A stretch of DNA of 64,000 bases, from the NCBI GenBank assembly GCA_964016885.1, contig OZ024743.1, positions 367,412,001 through 367,476,000 on the forward strand, written 5' to 3'. The DNA comes from Eledone cirrhosa. Taxonomy: Eukaryota. A model generated the notes under the pieces. The model ran no database searches and was not told where the DNA came from. It was given only the letters and a program-made list of their open reading frames with translations. Numbering within the stretch: position 1 is the first letter of the stretch; the number at the start of each line of letters is the position of its first letter. Of this stretch, positions 52,955 to 64,000 are shown piece by piece. Both the position numbers and the translations under genes were made by a program.

Positions 52955-53730
52955 TGAAGCCATAAGAACAAGGTGGGTAATGAAAAAATTAAACAAGAAA
53001 GATGTTCAAATTGAATGCAGAATTTCTGTGGAGAAAGCAGAGACAGCTGCCCAAATAATACCAGAGTGTAAACAATTAGCCCAGAATGATTATAAAAAAG
53101 AGGCAGTTTGGATGAAATGGCTATCCTGTTGCACTGGAGCTGGTGTAAAAAGTATGGATTTCCATGTGCAGAAATAGCTATGAACATAGTGTCACAAATG
53201 AGATGAAAGTGCTAGAGATTGATAAGATAAAGCTCTTATGGGACTTCCTAATTCAGACCCAGATGAAGATTGAATACAACAGACCAGATATTGTTGTAAT
53301 TGAGAAGAAGGAAAGAAACTGTACTATTATAGATGCAACATGTCCTTTTGATGCCAGAATTGAATGAAAAGAGAAAGAGAAAGTAGGGGCTTATACCAAT
53401 TTAAAATATGAGATCTTGAAATGCTGGAGTAATGAAGTAAAGACAGTCACCATTGTTCCAGTGGTGATTGGTGCTCTTGGCAGGGTGACAAAGAAACTTG
53501 AAAACTACCAGTTGAAAATAGACTTTACCCCAGGGATTGAACTGCTCCAGAAGGGATGCCTAATCGGAACAGCCCAAATATTGAGAAAGGTTCTGGACTA
53601 CTAGCAGTAGTGAAATGACAAGGAATGATATGAAAATATTGGAGTTAACCTAGTTTATTAGTTGTAGTCCAGTATTTGATAAAATAAGTGGCCCAAAGCA
53701 ACATCAAAGCTGGTCATGATAAACAGTCAA
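52955..53730 (+). mobile_element. R4/Dong-clade 3' fragment, family B
   Basis: CRIS..ETAAQIIPECKQLAQ, WDFLIQT..NRPDIVVIEK..IIDATCPFD, LQKGCLIGTAQILRKVL; distinct 3' UTR; (AAT)n. Confidence 0.85.
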
Positions 53731-53754
53731 ATAATAATAATAATAATAATATAT

Positions 53755-56120
53755 AACAGTTGAACATCTGCGTTTAGCTCTTAGAAAATCCAGCAAATGG
53801 AAATCCCCAGGGAAAGACAAAATATCAAATTTTTGGATAAATGCCTTCACAGAGTCTCATGAGCTGTTAGCCCAACTTTACAATGAAAAGGTTAATGAGC
53901 CAGAAAAGATACCATCATGGCATTACATTCCTACTTTCGAAGAATGATGAAACAAATAATCCCCAAAATTACAGACCGATAACTTGCTTGACCACAATGT
54001 ATAAAATTTTAACATCAGTCCTAACTGAATATACATATGATCACCTGATAACAAATGATCTATTTCCCAATGAGCAGAAAGGGTGTAAACAAGGCTCATA
54101 AGGCTGTAAGGATCAGCTTTTGGTTAACAAAATGATACTGGAAGATTGTCATAATAGACACAAAAATCTATCAATTGCTTGGATAGATTACAAAAAAGCA
54201 TTCGATAGTTTGCCACACAGTTGGATTGAAAAGTGTTTAGAGATTTTAAAAATATCCCCCGTTGTCAGGAGGTTTTTGTCATTCAGTATGAAAACATGGA
54301 AAACGACACCCCTTTTGAATAGTGAAAAAAAATCACTGGAAGCTGGAGAAGTTAATATTAATTGTGGAATTTTTCAGGGTGACTTTTTATCACCGCTTTT
54401 ATTCTGCATCGCACTTATACCATTAAGTAAAATGCTCAATGAAACAAAACATGGATATAAAATCTATGACAAAACCATTAATCACTTGTTCTACATGGAT
54501 GGCCTGAAACTATTTGCAAAAAATGATGAGCAATTGCAAGGGCCACTGAGAAGCAGTTCAGTGATGATATTAAAATGGAGTTTGGACTAGATAAATGTGC
54601 CAAAGCCACGTTCACCAGAGGAAAGCTGCTGAGAAGTTCAGACATTAATCTTGATTGGGGAAATGTGATAAGAGAACTTTACCAAGAGGAAACTTAGAAA
54701 TATCTAGGTGTTTGTGAAGGAGACGGAATCAAGCACTTGACAATGAGGGAAAGGAAGGAATTTTACCGCAGAGTAAGAGCAATCTTAAGAACGGAGTTGA
54801 ATGCAAGGAATAGGATCGATGCCATAAACATGATTGCCATACCAGTAGTAACCTACAGTTTCAATGTCATCAACTGGTCAAGCACAGAGATCTGTAGGCT
54901 CGATACAAAAATTTGAAAATTCTTAACCATGCACAAAATGCATCACCCTAAGGCAGATAGAATATATCTCCCTAGGAAAGAAGGAGGACATGGATTAATC
55001 CAGTTAGATATTGCTTTGAAAACTGCAACAATTGGATTATCTACATATCTAAGGAAGGCACATGATTGGATGATCAAACTTGTTTTGAAACATGAAAGCA
55101 TCAAAAGATCATACTCCATTATAAAAGATGCACAAAGATACAGTAATGAACTACAAATTTCAGAAGTTCCATTTACTGCTGAAATGAAAAACACAGAAAA
55201 AGCAGGTAAAAGTAACTGCAAAGAAAGAACTGCTACAGAAACTGGTTAAGAAATGGCAAGAAAAGCCTCTGTATGGAAAATACTCAGAAAGAGCTAACAA
55301 TCCTGATGTTGACAAAACTTTAACCCATCAGTGGTTGGAATCCTCTGGACTGAAATTGGAGACTGAAGGACTGATTATATCTGCCCAAGATCAGTGTCTG
55401 CCAACAAAAAATTACCAAGCCAACATAATAAAAAATGGATGCAACCCATTATGCCATGTATGTAAAAAGCAACCAGAGACCATTGATCATATAATTTCAA
55501 TGTGCAGTCCTATAGCTTCAACCGAATACCTAAACAGGCATGACAGAGCTGCACAATACATACATTGGATAATGTGTAAGCATTTTGACCTGCCCCATAT
55601 CAAAAGAATTGGTGGGAACATCAACCAGCTCCCGTACTTGAAAAAGATCACATCTCAATCTTGTGGAACTTTAGCATCCAAACAGACCGAAAAATAGATG
55701 CAAATAGACCTGATATAATACTGAAGGACTTTAAAAAGAGGGTATGCCTGCTAATTGATATGTCCGTTCCAATAGACAAGAATGTATCTATAAAAACATT
55801 TGAAAAATTGAGCAAGTATAAAAATTGAGCAAGTATAAATTGGAAAAATGTGGAAGTTGAGAACTAAAACAATACCAGTGGTTGTAGGCGCTCTAGGAAT
55901 GACACCTAAGGGGTCTAATGATTATCCCAAATCCCAGGAAACCCGCGTATAGAAGAAATTCAAAAGATAGTACTAATGGGAACAGCCCACATACTAAGGA
56001 AGATTCTGTCAATATAAGTACATCACAAGTCTAAACACCTAAAGATGCATGTGTGTGTAGTATGTCGCTGGTTGTGACTTGGTGATAACTCATATGAACA
56101 TAAAGCAAGATAAATGCAAT
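53755..56120 (+). mobile_element. R4/Dong-clade element with RT, zinc knuckle and RLE, family C, disrupted
   Basis: WKSPGKD, YRPITCL, EQKGC, IAWIDYKKAFDS, GIFQGDFLSPLLF, HLFYMDGLKLF, ETEGLIISAQDQ, CHVC..HIISMC, NRPDII, VLMGTAHILRKIL. Confidence 0.92.
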
Positions 56121-56139
56121 AATTATAATAATAACAAGG

Positions 56140-57045
56140 AAAAAGAAAAAACAACAATAAAAATTGTGAAAGACAAAATTTAAATTGAAAACTGACATCC
56201 AGAATGCCATGTTAAAACGATGGTAAAAAAAATCCTTACATGACCAATACCTAAAAAAGCTAAATAGTAAGGAAGTATACAAAGAAAACACACAAACCTG
56301 GCTCTGAGATGGAAGGATTTCTAATTGCAGGGCAATACAAGAGTCTACCAACCAGAAGTACATAATGAAACAAAGCACAATAAGTAACTGTAGAATATGT
56401 GGAGATAGGGAAGAAACAATCAACCACATTGTCCCTGGATGCCCAGCTCTAGCCAAAAAAGAATATTTCTACAGGCATGATAGAGTGGTAAATTATTTAG
56501 TTTGCATAAATGCCAGTGCTATTATAGGAAAAGTGATCCTCTGGCATTTGTGCAAATTGAACGATTTACCCCATGCTAAAAGGTGGTATGAACATAAGCC
56601 AGAATTGGTGATGGAAAACGACCAGGTGAAGGTGTTATGAGAGTTCAGAATACAAACTGATAAAGAATTTGAACACAACAGGCCTGACTTGGTGGTTTTC
56701 GACAAAGCAAAAAGATCATGCTTGATTATAGATGCAGCTTGCCCCTTCGACACAAGAGTGCAGGAAAAGGAGAGGGAAAAAATTAACCAGTACCAGGACC
56801 TGAAGTGGGAACTGAAAAGGATTTGGAACTGTCATGAGATTAAGGTACTATCTTAAAGAGTTTCCAAGGCTGGCTAAAGACCATCAGCCCACCCCCCTGT
56901 TTTGGAACATTTCAAAAGGCATGCCTACTTGGAATGACAAGGGCCCTCCAATATGTCCTGAATATATGAGGCTACAGGTAGCAGCTTGATATTCATTAGG
57001 GCAATTATTCCAGTTCAATAACTTCAATGATTGAGACATCAAGAA
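56140..57045 (+). mobile_element. Chimeric R4/Dong copy (another family 5', family A-like 3')
   Basis: CRICGDREETINHIVPGC..RHDRVVNYL, then from ~56525 sequence closely matching 50945-51460, including the family A 3' UTR. Confidence 0.8.
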
Positions 57046-57074
57046 AAAACAACAACAATAATAATAAGTATGAT

Positions 57075-58160
57075 AAAAAGAATACAAGCAAAAAATATAA
57101 AAGCCGTACAAGAGCTCACAGCACTACTGACTATCCAAATATAGCTCTGCTATGAATAGCCTATGTCCTGTGCGACATTATTGATTCAATAGCAGAGCTC
57201 AAATAGAACAATCTTTACACACAATGCACCTGATACAATAAGCACCCAATAAAATAATACAATGCAACTCACACAATATATACTCTATAAGATGAATGCC
57301 CAATAGAATAACACAACTCACATTACACTAAAAAACACAAGAAACTACAAGCTAAACTCCATAACAAAACAAGACTTATGCAGTACTAACAGGTGGCGTC
57401 TATATTCTCCAAATCTCCACAAAAATATGAACACAATGCTGCACACATTTCAAGTGCACCAGGTGAGGCATTAGAAACTCACATGAATCTACTAAAGAAA
57501 CAAAAACTGCAACAACAATAATAATGTACAAGATGTATAGAGGCAGACATGGACCAACTGAAGGCAAATCAGTGATTAAGGAGCACTAGACTGAAAACCT
57601 GATATTTGCTACACAAAACCACGCTCTAGCAACTAGATCCTATTACCATAGTATTATCAATGATGGACCCACCAAAAGGTTGTGTAAAAAATATGAAAAA
57701 GCTGTCAATCACATTGTCTTTGGATACCTAGAATTGATGAAGACAGAATTACATGATCAAGACAATGCAACATGCCCATCCACACTGATAGAGAGATAAA
57801 AGACAACAATCCAGACAAGAAAGACAGAAGTTGCACACATGGAGGATAAGAGATACATACTCTCCAAATATAAAGCCCGGGAGATTAAAATAGTGTGAAT
57901 GTACAATATGGAGACAAAAGAATAGAGACAGCCAGTATATGCTAAGGGCTATGATGTAAGATACTGAAAAAAAATCAACAAATAATTGCCTGAGAGACGT
58001 TTCATTTGTAAAGTTAAAAGAATAGCATAGCTAGGATATGCCTATAGTCTGTGTAAAATATTATCTATAAACTAAAGAAAGGAATGGCTCATAACCAAAT
58101 TTAGAGATGCAGAAAAGCTCTGGTAGAGTAGAGTATATGTTATCTTGACAAGAGAATAAT
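57075..58160 (+). mobile_element. Two older, degraded R4/Dong-clade fragments (~57075-57330 and ~57525-58160)
   Basis: IALL*IAYVLCDII; TENLIFATQNHALATRSYYHSII..LCKKYEKAVNHIVFG; IA*LGYAYSLCKILS. Confidence 0.6.
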
Positions 58161-58499
58161 AGTCGATAATAATGATGTCTTTTCCTTTTAATAATAATGA
58201 TTTCATTTATATAATGTTTCAATAGTAATAAAACAATTTCTTTACATTGCTTTCTTTAATGATGTATTTTTGGTTGGTTGTGATTATTGCCTCATTTTCT
58301 CCCAAGACAGAAATATCATTATAAGAGAGTTTGTAGAAGATAATCTTCTCAATATAGAAGTTCATGTATTACTATATATTTTCAGACTAATAAAATATAT
58401 GTGTAGTTTCACTGCAATTGTATTGAGTTCCCCATATTTTTGAGGTAGGTGTACCTTACACACACACTATATATATATATATATATATTATATGTACAG

Positions 58500-59130
58500 A
58501 TTAAAGTTTAAGCAAAGAATTGCTGCTTTCACGTTTTCATAACCTTTAAGAATGAACATGACGTCACCTTTGGCTTATATCTGGAGTCTAAAAGACAACC
58601 ACACCTGATATAGGTTACACTGGGAGATCCTAGCTAAAGCTAGATTGTATAATGAAAATAAAAGGCCATGTGATCTTTGTGCCACCAAAGCTCTGGAAGT
58701 ATTCTATGCCAATGATCGAATCTTAAACAAAAAATCTGAAGCAATTTCGGCTTGTAAACACAAATTGTATAAAACTTTCTTGTATTACAGCCCTACATTA
58801 TATCCCCATGGATAGTTTGGACAATATGTAGATAATATATGTCATGATGTGGTAGCTAATCATGACGTATATTATCATCAACTTTTCTAAAAAAATATAT
58901 CATACACAAAACGCCAGCATCAACATTTTTCCAAGAGATGTCAACATGAATGGACCTGTTATTTTTATCTAAAGACATTTTTTTCCAATTCCACCCTGCC
59001 CGTCCCTTCAATCTATCTTATTTCTCATTCTTTTTCTGATAAAGAACTATCATCTGAAACATTAAGACCCTCTCTCTTCTTGCTATTTCAAGTGTTAACC
59101 TAATATATTCCTTCCATATACTGTACCGAT
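58500..59130 (+). mobile_element. Penelope-like element 3' remnant (GIY-YIG C-terminus plus decayed hammerhead-like motif)
   Basis: From 58561: ..AYIWSLKDNHT*YRLHWEILAKARLYN..CDLCATKALEV..LNKKSEAISACKH; ctgataaag..tgaaac at ~59036-59061; (TA)n on both sides. Confidence 0.75.
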
Positions 59131-59155
59131 TGTGTTGTTATTTCTGTTTACTTTT

Positions 59156-59157
<2 letters not shown>

Positions 59158-59189
<32 letters not shown>

Positions 59190-59365
59190 TATGTGTGTAT
59201 ATATATATATATATATACACACACATATATATATATATATATATGCGTATATGCATATATATGTATGTATGTATATATATATATATGTATAAGTATGTAT
59301 ATGTGTGTGTATTTGTGTATATGTGTATGCATAGGTATGCATCTGTGTGAGTACATACAAACGCA
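59158..59365. repeat. (TA)n/(TG)n microsatellite
   Basis: Directly visible. Confidence 0.95.
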
Positions 59366-59374
59366 TGGGTGCTA

Positions 59375-59580
59375 AAATGTATACATGTACGAATGCATTT
59401 TTATATAACATATCTTCACTTACGCATGCTCCTACACTGCCCAGCGCATACTCTCTATCAGTCGAATCTCCAGATAGAAGGAGCAATGTAGAATAAAGTG
59501 TCTTGCACACTCGGTCCAGGGATTGAACTCACAACCTTACGATTGTGAATCCAATTCTCTTACCACTCAACCACACTTTT
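59375..59580 (-). mobile_element. tRNA-derived SINE (third family)
   Basis: Minus head gtgtggttgagtggtaa (A box) and gagttcaatccc (B box), then gcaagacactttattc. Confidence 0.7.
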
Positions 59581-59596
59581 TCACTAATATATATAT

Positions 59597-59791
59597 AGTA
59601 GAAGGAAGAGCAAGAGTCAAGGAAGACCACGAAAAACATGGGTGGAGGTGTTGAGAGCAGACCTCAGATCGCTGAAGCTCATGGATGAGATGACAAAGGA
59701 CCGTGATGAATGGAGAGATGCCGTACTTAATAAGACCTGTTCCACCCTTGCAAACAGGGAAAAGCGGACGTAAAATGACGATGATGATGAT
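59597..59791 (+). mobile_element. RTE LINE 3' fragment
   Basis: QGRPRKTWVEVLRADL..MTKDRDEWRDAV, (TGA)n tail, (TA)n on both sides. Confidence 0.85.
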
Positions 59792-59819
59792 ATATATATA
59801 TATTTGATATATATATATC

Positions 59820-60008
59820 TTATCCCGGGTTCAATCGGGGGTAACTATAGTAAGTAAGGTACTCAATACATAGCAGAGTAAAAATATTTAATATAGAAAT
59901 GGCTTCTACAGGACTAGGACTGTTTCATTCAGAAGAAATCATCAGGAAAGCTTTCCTGAGGATTTCTTCCAAATGAAGTCCTGTAGAAGCCATTTCTATA
60001 TTAAATAT
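59820..60008 (-). mobile_element. Penelope-like pLTR fragment with inverted duplication
   Basis: Hammerhead motif plus near-perfect inverted repeat 59884-60008, within (TA)n. The Penelope assignment is inferred. Confidence 0.55.
59902..59951 (-). ncRNA. Minimal type I hammerhead ribozyme motif
   Basis: 5'-gcuuuc CUGAUGA u-uuc-uucu-gaa-u GAAA cag-uccuaguc-cug UA gaagc-3': core, stems I-III and GUA cleavage triplet. The 10.1/11.1 pair is a non-canonical U.U. Confidence 0.6.
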
Positions 60009-60210
60009 ATATATATATATAGTCCTTGCAAACAACCTCTCTGGTGTTGATGGCATAGTAAAATAAATATGCTCAGCCCATGCAGTGGTTGGCAATGAAA
60101 AGAAAGGCATTCAATGATAAGAACCCGATAAAAAAACACTTGATTTTTACAACTAAATGCCCTTCCTAACTGTAGAAACCACACCAAAACTGGAATGTAA
60201 GTGAGACATT

Positions 60211-60405
60211 AATGTAAAGTAACTAACATAAAGTATGTATAGTGTATATAAACACATCAGTGTAAAGTAACTGGAGTAAAGTATATATATGTATAGAAAA
60301 CAGTGTAAAGTATCTATTATGTGTACAATGTAGTGTATATAAACACATTAGCGAAAAGAAATCAATGTAAAGTATGGACAATGTATATAAATGCTTCAGT
60401 GTAAT
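60211..60405. repeat. Degenerate ~45-48-bp minisatellite, ~4 units
   Basis: Recurrent tgtaaagta and gtgtatataaacacat. Confidence 0.6.
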
Positions 60406-61216
60406 AATGTAGTAAATTTTAGCTATATTACTTGTTTTGGTTTAAGGGAATAATAGAATAAAAAGTGGATTTTTTTTTTAAAGAATGTGTCTGTGAAAAA
60501 ACACACCCAATAATTGCAAACTAATGGCTGTGTAATATTCATACAGAATTTCAGAGTTGTTTCTATTCTAATATTCTAGAGGCTGTTTTTGTAGAGAATA
60601 TAGAGGAATTTCTCTGAATTAATTAGATTAGCAAAATAGACATTGGGTAAATGCCACTCCATTTAGTTCTGAGATTAGATCTAATATAATTTAAACATAT
60701 CGAAAACTGTATAAACAGAGAAAATCTTCACACATCAATATATGAAGAAACACCTTCCAGCAACTCGACAAATTGCAATTCCCTGAATAATGCCAGCTGC
60801 CATCATAATTTTATTATTATCTATGTTTTTATGGAAGTCAGTATAGCTATAGCATAAACATTGTAAAACCTCATCTACACCACACTCAAATCAATTTAAA
60901 ATAATCTTAAACATTGTAAATCATTCTCTGAAATATTTCTGTCATAATTTTAACATGTTTTCCCTGTAAGGATGTGGCAGGGCTAGCTTTCTTCAGTTGT
61001 ATTTATGATAATTCCCTAAATGTTCAGTTCAGTCTATGTTCTACATATACTTGACCTATCTCAGCTCCTACTTCATTATTTTAAAAAGCTTTTTCTTTTC
61101 TTCTGTGCAATGGTGGTCATCTTCAGGTACTGCATCAGGACCATCTTCTGTAATAGTCACAGGTAATTATGCAGTGAATCACTGCTGCTTCCACCAACAC
61201 CATTACTCAACAACAT

Positions 61217-61620
61217 TATCATCATCAGTTTATAACTGCTTTCCATGCTGGGGTGGGTTGGTTGGGTTGTTATAATCTGATTCAGTTCTTATTGGAGTTA
61301 ACACTCTTCTAGATGAATTGCATGTCTAAGTTTTGCTTTGACATTCCATTTTGGGTTTGATCCCTATGACTAGAGACCCTTCCTAACAACAGCCACTTTA
61401 CAGAGTGTTGTACTGGGTGCATTTTACCATAAAACCAGCACTAGAGAAATTGTCATGTCTTCAACTGAACCAAAGAATCTTCTTTATCCCACCTTATCTC
61501 TGTTCAATCATTAAACCTATTACAGAGTGCATTTTACCATGGCACAAACACTATAGAGGTTGCATGCATGGTTAAAGAGTCCTTTCCACTTCACATAATC
61601 TCTGTTTTAGTGATGGATAG
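61217..61620 (-). mobile_element. Old RTE-tailed repeat related to the 3' UTR at 572-913
   Basis: atcatcatcagttta..ttccatgct..tgggtt and cccttcctaacaacagccactttacagagtg. Confidence 0.6.
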
Positions 61621-61984
61621 CAACAAAGATGTGTGATGGCAAGTGCAAGTGATGAATGTTAGCTAAACATTTCAAAAGGAAGAGAGAATGTGAGTTAGCA
61701 TATGGATATATAATTCTTAGTGTAGTAAGGTGGTTTAAAATTCAACATTCAAGTATTCTAGAGATGGTCATCAGATTTTTATTCTTTTATTCTTGAAACC
61801 TTGAAGTAAACAGATCTTATTTTAAAAACTGAGAGAAGTTCTTTTTTAGAGAGATTTTAGAAAGGCTTTGATCAGTTAATTGATCATGTAGAAGCCCATA
61901 AACCAACTGATTTGTGAATTACAGATACAAAAATTAAAGACAGTTTGCAGCTGCACTTTGAATCAAACTGTACAGTCCTTATAG

Positions 61985-62280
61985 CTACATTTCCTATCCA
62001 CACACATCTAGACATCTCCACCACACTCGATTATGATACAATAACTCATGTTCAGTAATATGTCCTACCACCAACTTCCATCTAGACATAGCAATACGCC
62101 AGGGTGATTCTACAGCAATTATATTAAAATCTATGTGTCCTATAATTCCCACATAATTAGATATGTCAACATCTATATTTAAAATGTTACATGTCCTATA
62201 ATTCATCACAACTAGACATATCAGCAACATATCAAAATGATACTACAACACCATATTAAAAACACTATATGTCCTACTTA
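61985..62280. repeat. Degenerate tandem repeat with ~55-75-bp units
   Basis: Recurrent tgtccta and ctagacat, 4-5 times. Confidence 0.5.
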
Positions 62281-63317
62281 ATTAAAAGGCAAAACACACA
62301 CCGTTAGAGTTGGTTCAAACTCTGTCCTGGATCATTAACAATGATATGTGAATCTTATAGATCAAATCTACCATACATTAGTAAGAACTCTTTGAATTGT
62401 CTCTACTGTAGTTGCCAACAGAATATTTGGCTACACACAAACTAAACAAAACATGCTTTTCTTGTCTTACTATACCCACCATTGAATTTGACCAATAACT
62501 ACATTAATAAACAGACTATCTTTGTACACTATGTCTGCTTGATTGAAGCCAAACTAGGGGCTACACTGCAATAACTAACCAATTTGACAGAAAATATAGC
62601 ATGATAATTACTGCTATTTAAACAGAACAGATCAAGGTGTAAATCTTGTATTTCTTATTTAATTCTTTTTGACTCTAAGTAAGTTATCCCTGATTAAGCA
62701 GACCTATAAATGCATTCAATCTATGAGCATACCTAGCTATCCAATGTGTTCTTTTCTAATTTAAGGCTTGTTGGTGCATCAGTAATTGATTGCCTGGTAT
62801 CTTGTCATAAATGCTTGGCTGCATGGATCCTTCATTCATATCCTACTCAGCAAACCTTTCCCATTAATATGCCTTTGATGTATGCACAACAGATATACAA
62901 TTATTTGTATCTCTATGACATTTTCCCACTATATACACTTTGATCCTGCATCATGATCCATACTGCCAGAAACTTGTGCTGTTTTGAGTAACTACCTAAC
63001 TAATCCATGACTACATGTAGCAAAACTAAACTATATATATATCTACCAGCTACTTTAATATCACCAAAAATATTTCTTGTCTGGAGTGTTCTGAGATGAG
63101 GATTTATCATTATTTATTTACATTGATTTATGTAGACTAGTATCAACAGTCAAGATGAAGACACTGGTTTAAATAAATCAGTGTATAAAAATATTTCTGT
63201 GAACTTTCAGTAAAATAAAACAAGATTAAAGCCATATTTGAAAATATAACATTTGGATGTTCTAAAACTTCTAACATAAATAACTGGAAGTGATTATTTC
63301 TCTTTGGAAATAATTAT

Positions 63318-63500
63318 TTCTACTTTTGGCACAAGGCCAGCAATTATCCCAGTGAATTACTGGTACTCTATTTTATCGACCCCGTAAGGATGAAAGGCAA
63401 AGTTAACCCTGGCGGGATTTGAACTCAGATCATAAAGGGCCGTATCTTTGCTGCAAAGCATGGCGTCCGACCCTCTACCGATACTGCCAATCCACCGCCC
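63318..63500 (-). mobile_element. Full-length tRNA-derived SINE with ~22-bp TSD
   Basis: atttctctttggaaataattat at 63296-63317 and 63501-63522. Confidence 0.93.
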
Positions 63501-63850
63501 ATTTCTCTTTGGAAATAATTATCTCTTATTATTCATGTAGTTCATTGCTTTGGGTGCCTTGTGCAAATGATTTAACTCAGAACCTGAGGTGATCACTTAA
63601 TTTGATAATTAAGTTTTAATCACAACTGAATTTAGGTTTAAATTCCAAAATGCCTCTCATAGAAGGATTTCTTTTGCTCTATCACAGTTTAGAAACTCTA
63701 TGTGTCATCAAAATTTCCAGTGACTGAAAATACTTTTGGTGAAATATATATGAAAATCTAAAATGTATAAAACATATGTTAATGCATTATCATTTTGGTA
63801 TTAAAGTTGATTTGACCAGAAAAAGAAATATTTTAAAGCAACAAAGAATT

Positions 63851-64000
63851 AATTGTTTCTACTTTAGGCACAAGGCCAGCAATTACCCAGTGCATTACTG
63901 GTACTTTATTTTATCGACCCTGTAAGGATGAAAGGCAAAGTCAACCTCAGCGGGATTTGAACTCAGATCGTAAAGGGACGTAACTATGCTGGAAAGCATG
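63851..64000 (-). mobile_element. tRNA-derived SINE running off the window end
   Basis: Tail, core and B box match the other copies. Confidence 0.9.

Noticed and set aside
59505-59580. tRNA gene (Val-like CAC loop)
   Set aside because: Stems are poorly paired and it continues into a SINE-like body; treated as a SINE head.

Overview
Eukaryotic, AT-rich, almost entirely repetitive DNA. The SINE/LINE repertoire looks cephalopod (Octopus-like); that is an inference from remembered families, not a search. I could not support any host protein-coding gene, rRNA, true tRNA or CRISPR array. Two large tandem arrays take up about 24 kb: a 15-bp array (~2.2-11.0 kb) and a 34-bp array (~32.7-48.2 kb). 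The very long ORFs in the track are artefacts of the 15-bp array. The rest is mostly mobile elements: a young 5'-truncated RTE LINE with a PHD-type finger inside its RT, a degraded CR1 with CCCH fingers in ORF1, two L1/Tx1-clade LINEs, two non-autonomous Helitrons, Penelope-like remnants, many tRNA-derived SINEs, and a ~7.8-kb head-to-tail pile of R4/Dong-clade retrotransposons in (AAT)n. The best leads are the R4/Dong stack with chimeric copies, a ~125-bp palindrome built from hammerhead-ribozyme motifs, three SINEs inserted at one identical target site, and similar ~4.2-kb higher-order duplications in both satellites. I see no clear evidence of a wholly new biological system.
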